DNA of 64,000 nt from positions 1,408,001 through 1,472,000 of the forward strand of contig CAWGMQ010000005.1 of assembly GCA_963823665.1 (NCBI GenBank). Direction: 5' to 3'. The position numbers and the translations under genes were made by a program. Below, piece by piece: positions 43,021 to 52,953 of this stretch. The notes below the pieces were generated by a model. It searched no databases, was not told the origin of the DNA, and saw nothing but the letters and a program-made list of their open reading frames with translations. Each line of letters starts with the position of its first letter. Within the stretch, counting starts at the first letter, position 1. This DNA comes from an uncultured Planctomycetota bacterium (lineage in GTDB: Bacteria > Planctomycetota > Planctomycetia > Isosphaerales > Isosphaeraceae).

Positions 43021-43311
43021 TCAGTGAACCGCTTTGCGTTTCTTGAGCGAACGGCGGGCTTTGGAATGCATCAGGTCGAGCAGGAAGCTAACCCGGCGAT
43101 AGTTCTCCAGAGCGGCTTTTTCTTTGGTCGTGAGCTTGCCGTCCTGGTTCTTGACCGCCAGCTCGTGCATGCGGTCGAGATCGGCCTGTTCAAAACGGAT
43201 GGCAAGCCAGCCCTCCGCAACTGCACGCGACAGGGAGTCGTCTTCAGGGCGAATCAGCCGGGACAGGATAGCGGTGTCGCTTGTGCGGGAAATGGTGGTG
43301 TCGGAAGCCAT
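43021..43311 (-). CDS. Small helical protein upstream of HNH (putative antitoxin)
   Basis: RMHELAVKNQDGKLTTKEKAALENY...LMHSKARRSL; 4 bp from the HNH start. Confidence 0.75.
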   Translation of the reverse strand: MASDTTISRTSDTAILSRLIRPEDDSLSRAVAEGWLAIRFEQADLDRMHELAVKNQDGKLTTKEKAALENYRRVSFLLDLMHSKARRSLKKRKAVH

Positions 43312-43592
43312 AACGTAAGCTCTGGTGCCAGGTTGCGATACGCTATTTTAGCTGAACTTGAGATGATTGGCAAGCTGTCCTCCAACGAGAAGCTCAACCG
43401 AATCGGTCGCGGCGAGATGTTGAACGCAAGCATTGCACTGATTGAGAACGGGATGCTTATCTCCCGGAATTCTCTTCACTGTCGAGAAGCATGCTGCCGC
43501 ACCAGCGCGCATTGCGTTGCATCGGCCACGCGATTATCGTTTGGGCGAGTGCCACCAAGCTCTTGCCGCCACCAAACGGATGAGGTAATCCC

Positions 43593-44390
43593 ATGCAGCG
43601 CTTCTATGTCGCGTTAGTCGTGAGCGTCTTTGTCTCTGGCTCGGGTCGCATGGTGTCGGCAGATGAGAAGGACGTCGAGGCCATCCTCGACAAGGCCATC
43701 AAAGCCCTGGGCGGCGAGGACAAGCTCACCAAGATCAAGGCGGTCGCCTGGAAGGGCAAGGGCAAGATGATCGTCGGCGATAACCAGGAGCATGAATTCA
43801 CGAGCCAGACAATCGCCCAGGGCCTCGACCACTTCAAGTCGGAGCTCGAGGTCGAAGGGGTCTTCGGCAGGCAGCTCCGAATGCTGTCAGTCTTGAACGG
43901 CGACAAGGTCTGGCTCTCGGTTGGCGGCATGGCGATGCAGCCCGATCACGCGCTTGCCGGGCTGAAGCGCAGCGCATACCTCACTTTGATCCCGCTGACG
44001 GTCGTGCGACTGAAGGGGCCGGGCTTCAAGGTGCAGGCTGCCGGCGACGAACAGGTCGAGGCCGAGCCCGCCTTTGTGATCAAGGTCACGTGCCCGGATG
44101 GAAGCGACATGGCAATCTCGTTCAACAAGAACAGTGGCCGTCCGGTCAAGGTGGCCGGAAAGGTCTTTGCGCTTGATGATCGGGAAGTGATGCAGGAAAC
44201 GATCTTCGGCGCCTACAAGAACTTTGGAGGAATCCACGTCGCGACCAGGCTCGAAGTCAAGATCGACGGCAAGCCCTACCGAAGGCAGGAGCTCACCGAG
44301 TTCAAGATCCTCGACGACGGTGGAGCCCTCGACATTCTCCACTCCGGCGGACGCTGGCGGCCCAGAGTGAGCTCCTGCCGTACTCGCTGA
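43593..44390 (+). CDS. Secreted hypothetical protein (possible LolA-like beta fold)
   Basis: GAGG RBS, signal peptide, AILDKAIKALGGEDKL motif. Confidence 0.7.
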   Translation: MQRFYVALVVSVFVSGSGRMVSADEKDVEAILDKAIKALGGEDKLTKIKAVAWKGKGKMIVGDNQEHEFTSQTIAQGLDHFKSELEVEGVFGRQLRMLSVLNGDKVWLSVGGMAMQPDHALAGLKRSAYLTLIPLTVVRLKGPGFKVQAAGDEQVEAEPAFVIKVTCPDGSDMAISFNKNSGRPVKVAGKVFALDDREVMQETIFGAYKNFGGIHVATRLEVKIDGKPYRRQELTEFKILDDGGALDILHSGGRWRPRVSSCRTR

Positions 44391-44419
44391 GAGAATGGCG
44401 TTCCAACGAACCGGAAGAT

Positions 44420-44941
44420 TCACTCTTTCTTCCGGTACGACCGAGTCGCGTCCCGGATTGTAGCGATGGGCAGGATGAGATGCAGTTGATCGTCGATCAA
44501 CGCGGCGAAGCCGTACTTCTGGTAAAACGATCTGGCCTGCTCGTCGATCGCCTCGACTTCCACAGCGTGGACCCCAAGATTTTCCGCCAAAGTCGCGCAC
44601 CGGTCGAGCGCGTCGAGCAGGAGAATCTCCCCGAGGCGCTGGACTTGAACGGTCTGATCGACGGCCAACCGGGCCAGAAGAATCACCGGCACGGGATGGC
44701 GGAGAAGCTTCTTCGCAAAATCGCCCGGAAGATTTACAAACGGAACGGCACTCGAGGCAAGCGTGAAGTAGCCGAACACCTGCGGATCACCGGGTGTCAC
44801 GGCGACATAGGTCCGTCCGAGGTTCCGCTTCTGGTATTGGCTAACCAGACTGCGAATGAACTCATCGAGGGGTGGTTTGCCGCAGGAGAATGCAGATCGC
44901 ACATGATGGCGGTCGAGCGGTGCGATAAGCCATTCAGCCAT
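44420..44941 (-). CDS. GNAT acetyltransferase toxin (AtaT/TacT-like)
   Basis: FSCGKPPLDEF, VFGYFTL, PVILLARLAVD, ARSFYQKYGF. Confidence 0.9.
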   Translation of the reverse strand: MAEWLIAPLDRHHVRSAFSCGKPPLDEFIRSLVSQYQKRNLGRTYVAVTPGDPQVFGYFTLASSAVPFVNLPGDFAKKLLRHPVPVILLARLAVDQTVQVQRLGEILLLDALDRCATLAENLGVHAVEVEAIDEQARSFYQKYGFAALIDDQLHLILPIATIRDATRSYRKKE

Positions 44942-45206
44942 GGCGGCGGGTCCGCCTGGCGGCCGCGCGCCGGAGTGCGGCGTTGGCTTTGGGCGGGTTG
45001 TCGAGCAGCTCGAGGAAACGATCGCGGTCGCGATCGGACAGCGGAACAGCCGTTTCCTCGGCAAAACGAATCTCGTCTTGAGGGATGACCACAGCTTTGC
45101 GGATGCGAAGCTCGGTCTCGCTTAACTGATCGATGATCACCGTCGCATTCGCGAACGCCTTCGGAAGGCAGATCCGGCCCTTGGAGTCGGTTGATCGGGT
45201 TTCCAC
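44934..45206 (-). CDS. Antitoxin with AbrB-like N-terminus and DUF1778-like C-terminus
   Basis: DSKGRICLPK...; LSDRDRDRFLELLDNPPKANAALRRAA; 8-bp overlap with the toxin gene. Confidence 0.8.
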   Translation of the reverse strand: METRSTDSKGRICLPKAFANATVIIDQLSETELRIRKAVVIPQDEIRFAEETAVPLSDRDRDRFLELLDNPPKANAALRRAAARRTRRHG

Positions 45207-45564
45207 GTCGATAGCACCTCACTGGCATTCTTCCAGAGCTTGTGCCCAGTTTAGCGCTCTTTGAGAATGTGGGCCAGCGATATCTTCCCACTAGTGGGAG
45301 CAGACATTCTTGCGCTCCTGGCGCTCCAGTCTCCGCTCTCCGCAGTCAGATCACACTAGCGTCGAGCCATGCAATGAGGTATCGTAATATCCCTCGTGCA
45401 TGCAGTTTTCGTTTGATCAGGCGTCCAGGTTGGCGCAGGCTCAAAAGTTCGGCGCGGAAAGCCGTGCGTGGTGGGGTGGTCGGACAGCCAGCGGAAGACG
45501 GATTCCTCTGGAGTCGGTGCCGACTTCGGATGACACAACTTGAGTCCACCCACGGGGTGCTGAA

Positions 45565-46185
45565 GTGCTGTCAAGCGATGACCCGGTCACACTCTGGATT
45601 GATGAATTGCGCCAGGCCGATCAAGCAGCCGCGCGGAAGTTGTGGCATCACTTCGTCGCTCGTCTCTATGAACTAGGCCGGAAGAAACTGCGGCCGGAAA
45701 CTCGCCGGGTCTATGACGAGGAAGATGCGGCCCAGAGCGCGTTTCACAGTGTTTGCGCGGGGATCGCCGCCGGGCGATTCCCGGATCTGGGAAGCCGCGA
45801 GAACTTGTGGCACTTGCTGGTTGTGATCACCGCACGCAAAGTGGCTCATCGGCACCGGCACGATCGGCAACTGAGCCGCGATGTCCAGCGGAATTTGTCT
45901 GATTCCATCTTCGCGCGATACCGGCATGATTCTTCTTCCGCGGAGGTCGATTTGACCGTTTCGCGTGAGCCGACTCCAGAGTTTGCTGCCGAATTTGTCG
46001 AGACGTGCGAGTGTTTATTCGAAAGCCTCGACGATCCGGCGCTCAAGCAGGTTGTGACGCTGCGTATGGAAGGCTACACGGATGCCGAAGTTGCCGACCG
46101 GTTACGGTGCTCGCGACGCACCGTTCAGCGGCGACTTGAGGTCGTACGGCGTCGTTGGGGCCGTCTGGAGTTGTCGAGTGGATGA
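45565..46185 (+). CDS. ECF-type sigma factor (planctomycete kinase-associated type)
   Basis: VTLWIDELRQADQAAARKLW, DEEDAAQSAF, LWHLLVVITARK, EGYTDAEVADRLRCSRRTVQRRL. Confidence 0.88.
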   Translation: MLSSDDPVTLWIDELRQADQAAARKLWHHFVARLYELGRKKLRPETRRVYDEEDAAQSAFHSVCAGIAAGRFPDLGSRENLWHLLVVITARKVAHRHRHDRQLSRDVQRNLSDSIFARYRHDSSSAEVDLTVSREPTPEFAAEFVETCECLFESLDDPALKQVVTLRMEGYTDAEVADRLRCSRRTVQRRLEVVRRRWGRLELSSG

Positions 46186-49100
46186 TTTGAATCGCTATGC
46201 CATATTGTCGGACGAGCAACTCCAGGGGGTTCACGCCGCGTGTGAGACCTTCGAGGAAGCGCTGCAGAACGAACACCCGTTCCGGATCGAGGACTGCATC
46301 GCGGCGGCTGAAGAAGAAATCCGAACTCCCCTGTTTCGTGAGCTTCTCGCCATCGAGCTTGAGCGGAAAATGCCGCGCGACCGGCCTGAGCGAGTGGCCG
46401 AGTACCAAGCCCGATTTCCTGAACGCTCCGGCGACATTGAACGGGTGTACCAGGAAATATCCAGGGCAAGTCCCGCGGATGACCTACCCAAAAACTTCGG
46501 CCGCTACCGCGTCGAAAATGTTCTGGGCACTGGCGCCTTTGGGCGGGTGTACCTGGCCTACGACGAAGAGCTGAATCGCCCCGTGGCGATCAAGGTGCCC
46601 CACGCCACACTCCTGTCTCGGCCGGAGGATGCAAAACGGTAGCTGATCGAAGCCGCGTACCGTCGCCAACCTCGACCATCCCCACATCGTTCCCGTGCAC
46701 GATGTCGGCAGCACTGACGAGTGCCCCTGCTATATCGTATTCGAAGTGGATCGACGGCTCCGATCTGGCGACGCGGATCAAAAAGTCCCGACCGTCGTAC
46801 GCAGGGGCAGCCGAGCTGGTGGCAACTCTGGCCCAGGCGCTGCACTACGCCCACAAGCATGGTCTGGTGCATCGGGATGTGAAGCCGGGCAATATCCTCC
46901 TTGACCACCACGATAAGCCGTACCTCGTCGATTTCGGTCTGGCCCTGCGGGACGAGGACCTCGGTCATGGCCCACGCTTCGCCGGGACACCGCTCTACAT
47001 GAGTCCGGAACAGGCGCGGGGCGAAGGGCACCGCGTGGACGGCCGCAGCGACATTTATAGCCTCGGGGCGGTGTTTTATGAGTTGCTGGTCGGCCGCCGC
47101 ACGTTCTCCGGCCTGCGACCCAGGCAGACTTGCTGGAACAGATCGCCACGCAGGAACCCAGGCCTCTCCGCCAGATTGACGATCACGTGCCGAAGGAACT
47201 GGAGCGGATTTGCTTGAAAGCACTTGCCACGCGCGCCGGCGAGCGGTACGCAACGGCGCTCGAGATGGCCGAGGAGCTTCGGCATTTCCTGGCAACCTGC
47301 CGGGTGGAGGGTGACGGATGGCGAGTGACGGGAGAAGACGGTGCGCGCCTATCTTCGCTCGCCGCCCAGCACCCATCTCCCGCCACGCCGTGTGATTCCG
47401 ACAGCCGGCCGATCAAGATCATCCCCAAGGGCCTGCGTGCCTTCGACGAAAACGACGCCGACTTTTTCCTGGAGCTGCTTCCGGGACCGCGCGACCGCGG
47501 AGGACTGCCTGAGAGCTTGCGCTTCTGGAAAATCCGCGTCGAGGAAACGGATGCGGGGAAAACTTTCGCCGTCGGCCTGATCTACGGGCCGTCGGGCTGT
47601 GGCAAGTCGTCGCTGGTGAAGGCGGGGTTGCTGCCGCGTCTCTCCGACGCCGTGATCTCCGTTTACGTCGAAGCCACCGCCCTTGAAACGGAGACACGGT
47701 TGCTGACTGGTCTGCGGAAACGCTGCCCGGCCTTGTCCAAAAACTGGTCACTGAAAGAGACACTGGCTGCACTACGCCGCGGGCAGGGCATCGCCGAGGG
47801 TAAGAAAGTGTTGATCGTCCTGGACCAGTTCGAGCAGTGGCTCCATGCGAACAAAGCGGAAATAAACACGGAGCTGGTACACGCCCTGCGGCAATGTGAC
47901 GGCGGCCTCGTGCAGTGTGTCGTGATGGTGCGGGATGATTTCTGGCTCGCGGTCAGCCGATTTCTGCGCGATCTCGAAATCCGGCTTGTCGAGGGAGAGA
48001 ACAGCGCGCTCGCCGATCTCTTCGATACAGATCACGCCCGAAAGGTACTGGGGGCGTTCGGGCGGGCGTTCGGCAGACTTCCCGAAACGGGCGGCGACAC
48101 CTCCAAGGATCAAAAGGAGTTCTTGAAACAGGCTGTATCGGGTCTGGCGCAGGAGGGCAAGGTTGTCTGCGTGCGGTTAGCGCTCTTCGCCCAGATGATG
48201 AAGGGCAAGGTGTGGTCGCCAGCCACGCTGAGAGAAGTCGGCGGGACGGAGGGCGTTGGTGCCACGTTCCTCGAGGAGACGTTCAGTGCGGCCGGCGCGC
48301 CGCCGGAACATCGCCACCACCAGGAAGCGGCGCGGGGCGTTCTGAAGGCACTCTTGCCCGAATCCGGCATGGACATCAAGGGCCACATGCGGCCGTGCGC
48401 CCTGTTGCTGCAAGCGTCCGCCTACTCCACTCGTCCCAAGGATTTTGACGACCTGATTCGTATCTTGGACAGTGAAATCCGGCTCATCACGCCGACCGAC
48501 CCGGAAGGGTCTGGCGCCGGCCCCCGGATTTCGGCCGATCGCTACTACCAGCTCACCCACGACTATCTCGTACCGTCGTTGCGGGGCTGGCTGACACGCA
48601 AACAAAAGGAAACGAGACGTGGCCGTGCGGAGCTGCTGCTGGTGGATTGTTCGGCGGTGTGGAACGCCCGCCCGGAGAACCGCCAACTGCCGTCGCTCTT
48701 GCAGTGGTGCCAGATCAAGGCGCTCTCGCGCAAAAAGAACTGGATGCCGCCGCAGCGCAAGATGATGGGCCGGGCGACCCGGTACCATGCCCTGCGAGCT
48801 TGCGTGGCGGCCGCCTGTTTGATTTTGCTGTGCCTTCTCGGTCGGGAAAGTTATGGCCGTTTGATGGCCCACACCTTGCGAGATCGGCTGCTGGAAGCCA
48901 GCACGCCAGAGCTGCCCGGAATCGTCAAAGACCTGGCCCCATTCCGGCGCTGGCTCGATCCGCTTCTCGACGAAGCCTATCGGCAGGCCGAGCGCGAGCA
49001 CGACCCGCGAAAACAACTCCACGCCAGCGTCGCCTTGTTGCCGGCAGACCACGGGCAGTTGGACTACCTGTACGAGCGGTTGCTCACGGGGCAGCCGCAG

Positions 49101-50720
49101 GAAGTCATCGTCATTCGAGAGGCGCTTTCAGGTCACAAGCTGATTCTCACGCCACGCCTTTGGGCACTCTTGGAGGACCCCAAAAAAGACCAAGACCAGC
49201 ACTTCCGCGCGGCTTGTGCGCTCGCGGCTTTCGCCCCCGACGACCCGCGCTGGGAGAAAGTCTGTGGTAACGTGGCAGCCACGCTGGTCATCCAGAAAGC
49301 ATTTGTGATTGCCCAGTGGACCGATGCCTTCAAAGACGTGGGACGCTGGCTGATCCCGCCGCTGGCCGACTTTCTGGCAGACGAGCGACGCAGCATCTCG
49401 GAACGAGGGCTGATCGCCACGATCTATGCCACCTACTCCCCTGCCCTGCCCGATGCCTACGCGCGGCTCGAAAACAAGTTGGATGAGAAAAGCGACCCTG
49501 ATGCTTCGCTAGATGCCAGGATCGCCCTCGCCAAGCGGCAAGCCAGCATCGCGCTCGCGCTCCTGGTCATGGGGCGCGGAGAAAAGGCCTGGCCGTTGTT
49601 CGAGCATCGTCCCGACCCGACCTTGCGAAGTTATCTGATCGACCGAGCAGGTCGGGCCGGTGTCGATGCGAAAGTGCTCTGGTCACGGCTGGATGACGAG
49701 AAACAGGTCTCCGCCCGGCAAGCCATCTTGATAAGCCTGGGGGGCTTTGGCCTCGACCGCTTGGGGCTGGCCGAACGAGCCAACTTTCTACCCCGGTTGC
49801 TGCAATCGTATCGCGACGACACTGATCCAGGGATCCACGCAGCCGCCCTCTGGCTGCTGGGGCAATGGCAGGCCGATGGCAACCTCGAGGCTCTCGACAA
49901 GGGCCTCGCGACCGGTCAGGTGCAGGGAAACCGGCGGTGGTACATCAATCGCCACCGCCAGACGATGATGGTCGTTGCCGATGCCGGCGGGTTCTGGATG
50001 GGCGAAGGCGAAGAGCGTCATCGTCAGCAGATCAGCCGGCAGTTTGCCATTGCCTCAAAGCCAGTGTCGGTGTCGCAGTTCCTCGAGTTTCGCAGCGAGC
50101 ATGAATATAGCAAGAAGTACGCGCCATCACGCGACTGTCCGGTAAACATGGTGACGTGGTACGAAGCAGCGGCGTATTGCAACTGGCTGAGCGAGCAGGA
50201 GGGAATTCCGAAGGATCAGTGGTGCTACCTGGCGAATGCGGCAGGCAAGTACGAAGCGGGCATGAAGATAGCGGCGAATCATCTGCAGCGGACCGGATAT
50301 CGGCTGCCGACTGAGGCAGAGTGGGAGTATGCCTGCCGAGCCGGTGCCATTACAGGATGGTCATTTGGCGACTCAGACGAACTGCTCGGGAAGTATGGGT
50401 GGTATATGCTGAACGCAGCGAGCATGAGTCATCCGGTAGGGAGGCTCTTGCCCAACGACCTGGGTCTCTTTGACATGCATGGCAACGACTTTGAGTGGTG
50501 CCAGGATGCATACCAGGCGCTGGGCACCGGACGCGATAAAACGGCAACCGGAGATAGGGAAGATCAGGACGACGTTCGAGATGAGAATAAACGTGTCTTG
50601 CGCTCGGGCTCGTTCTCCAATCCCGCAATGATCGAGCGATCCGCCTTCCGCGCCTACAGCGTGCCGGCGAGCCGCATCACCGACTACGGCTTTCGCCCAG
50701 CAAGAACTCTCTCGCCCTGA
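46178..50720 (+). CDS. Ser/Thr kinase + P-loop NTPase + helical repeats + FGE-sulfatase (SUMF1) domain; one in-frame stop and frameshifts in 46640-47130
   Basis: LGTGAFGRV, VAIK, HRDVKPGN, DFGLA, GTPLYMSPEQ; GPSGCGKS and VLDQFEQ; YRLPTEAEWEYACRAG, PNDLGLFDMHGN, GFRPART. Confidence 0.88.
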
Positions 50721-50784
50721 AAGACCATGAGAATCCCATACTAACCCGAAGCGTTGGCGATGCCACGCCCCGAGCCGCCGTCGT

Positions 50785-52953
50785 TCATTCGAGTGCCAGG
50801 CCAGTTCCAAGCTTTCGGCCTTTTGAGCGCGTCGCCAGCGTCAGGTCGATCGTTGTGACGCTGCCGGCGCCCGTGACGTCGGCGGAGAGCGGCGTCCAGC
50901 CGATGGGTGACGAATCGCCGATCGCCACGGCGATCGTGTTCAAGTCGTTGCTGTCAACCACCCCGTCGCCGGTCACGTCGCCTAGCAAGCGGTAGAAGTG
51001 GTGGACTGCCGTTTGTCCGTCCGGGAGCTTGATGTCTACTTCGTAATAACCGTCGGCGGCCGTCGTGCTCGCGTTGCCGCCGATGCCGGCCGCTCCGAAG
51101 TCGATCTCGATGGCATGGTCGATGACGTTCAGGGTCGTGGGGCGCCCGAGTGAAACCGGCGCCTTGCTCGAGAGATCGCCATTGAGGTCGTACTTGAAGA
51201 TCTGGATGTCCGGTGACGCAGTGCCGATCGAGCGGTCGATCGCGGACAGCGCATTGCCGCTCTGGCTGTCGGTCTCGTTGAAGGTCAGGTCGAGGTAACG
51301 GACGAACGAGCGGCTGGGGCTGCCGTGCTCGACCGTGAAGCCGGTGACCTGGAGCCCGCCGGGCTGAGCGAAGATCTCGTTCGCGAAGGTGACATCCGGG
51401 TGCAAGGGCGCACTCTGAATATTACCGGCGCCGTCGATTCCGATGCTGTAGAACGAATAAGTATGCGATTGCCCATCCGTGAGGCCCTGGTAGACGACCG
51501 TCGCGTGATCCTGGCCATTGCCATCAGGCGCTCCGGCCGGGATCGCCGGGCCAAACTGCTCCACGGCGTTCGAATCCAGCGTGACGAAGACCTCGAAGTA
51601 CGCCAGCCCGCTGCCGCCGGCATCGCTGCCCGTAATGTTAAGAGTGAAGGTGCCGGTGCTCGTGTTGACCGTGCTTGGGTTGGTGCCTGTCTGAGTATCA
51701 ACGGACGTGACGGGCGGGGTCAGGTCGGGCACGTAGGTGCTGGCCTCGATGATCGGCTTCTTGACTTCGGAGTTGCCGGCTGAGTCCGTCGCAATGCTAT
51801 TGAACGCGTACGTCGTGTTGCTCTGACCGGCAAACGTGGCTGATGCGGCGGTCGCCGGCACCGTTGTCCAGAGTGTCCACGATCCACCGTTCGTGGACAC
51901 ATAGACGGCGAACGACGCAATTCCGGAGGCGTCAGGCCCTGGATCGCTGCCGGTCACCGAAACGGGGAATGCCAGGCTGGATTCGCGTTTGGGGAGCGGA
52001 CTGACCTTGCTACTGGGCGGCGTCAGGTCCATGAGCCACAACGTCGAGAGGGCGTTCGTGCCAAGATTGCCGCTGAGATCCGTGATGCCGGTCGCGCTCA
52101 CGGTCAACTTGTAACTGCCACTTCCGGTCGAGAGTCCGGCGAGTCCATTGATCTGGTAGGTCGCGCCGAAACAAAAGCCGTGGTCGCCGCACTGGTGATC
52201 AGGTTTGCCCCGCCGTCGTCGGTCAGCGTGATGTCTGCGGCGGTGAATGTGCTCAGGTTGATCGGCTCGTCGAAGGTGACTTGAACGGCCGATACCGGGG
52301 TGTTGCGCGGGTTGGGCGAAACCGGCGCGATCGACAAGAGCGCCATGACGACCTTGGTTTGTGCTTCGGCTGCTAGCGGGGTGGCCTCCACATTGCCGAC
52401 GTTATCGGTGGCGATGCTGTAGAAGCCATAGGTGTGGCCGTCCTGACCTGTGTAAGTGGCCGAGGTCTGTGTGGTCGCCGATTGCCAGAGAGTGAAGGGA
52501 CCGTTGTCGTCGGAGACGTAGACGTCGTAAGTGGCGATGCCGGAGCCGTTGGTGTCGTCTTCGCCGGCCCAGCTTACGTTGAAGTCTGCCGGGCTGAAGG
52601 GGGGGCAACGGGCCGACAGCGCTCGAGGGCGCGCCGGCGTCGATCGTGTTGAAGATCGGCGTCGTGTCCAGGGAAGTCTGGTCGGGAAGACCGGCCTGGA
52701 AGATGACTGTGGCCTTGGCGTTGATCGTGGTGCCGGTGGTGTCGGTGGATTTGGGCTGGACGGTGTAGCTGACGAATCCTTCGCCCTCGAGCGAGTTGGC
52801 GTCCGGTGGGAGGAACCCCTCCTCCGGGTTGCCGTACGGCACGTCGAAGGTCGTGGGGTCGATCGAGGTAAACGTCCAGGTGACGATGCCGGTCTGCTTG
52901 TCGAGTGCAGCGGTGACATCGACGTAGACACCGACTGTGCTGCGGGCGTCAAT
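50785..52953 (-). pseudogene. Headless 3' part of a large surface-protein gene (Ig/FN3-like domains, C-terminal dockerin-like EF-hand pair)
   Basis: IDARSTVGVYVDV...WTFTSIDP...GFLPPD, GSGIATYDVYVSDDNG repeats, GDVTGDGVVDSNDL / ADVTGAGSVTTIDL. Two frameshifts; no start codon or RBS. Confidence 0.8.

Noticed and set aside
46630..46660. Programmed readthrough or recoding at the TAG in the kinase
   Set aside because: It lies among several nearby indels, and a TAC to TAG error or mutation explains it more simply.
52531..52944. N-terminus of ORF 52531..54795 as a real start
   Set aside because: This stretch is antisense to the minus-strand surface-protein gene; domain-like sequence begins only at 52945.
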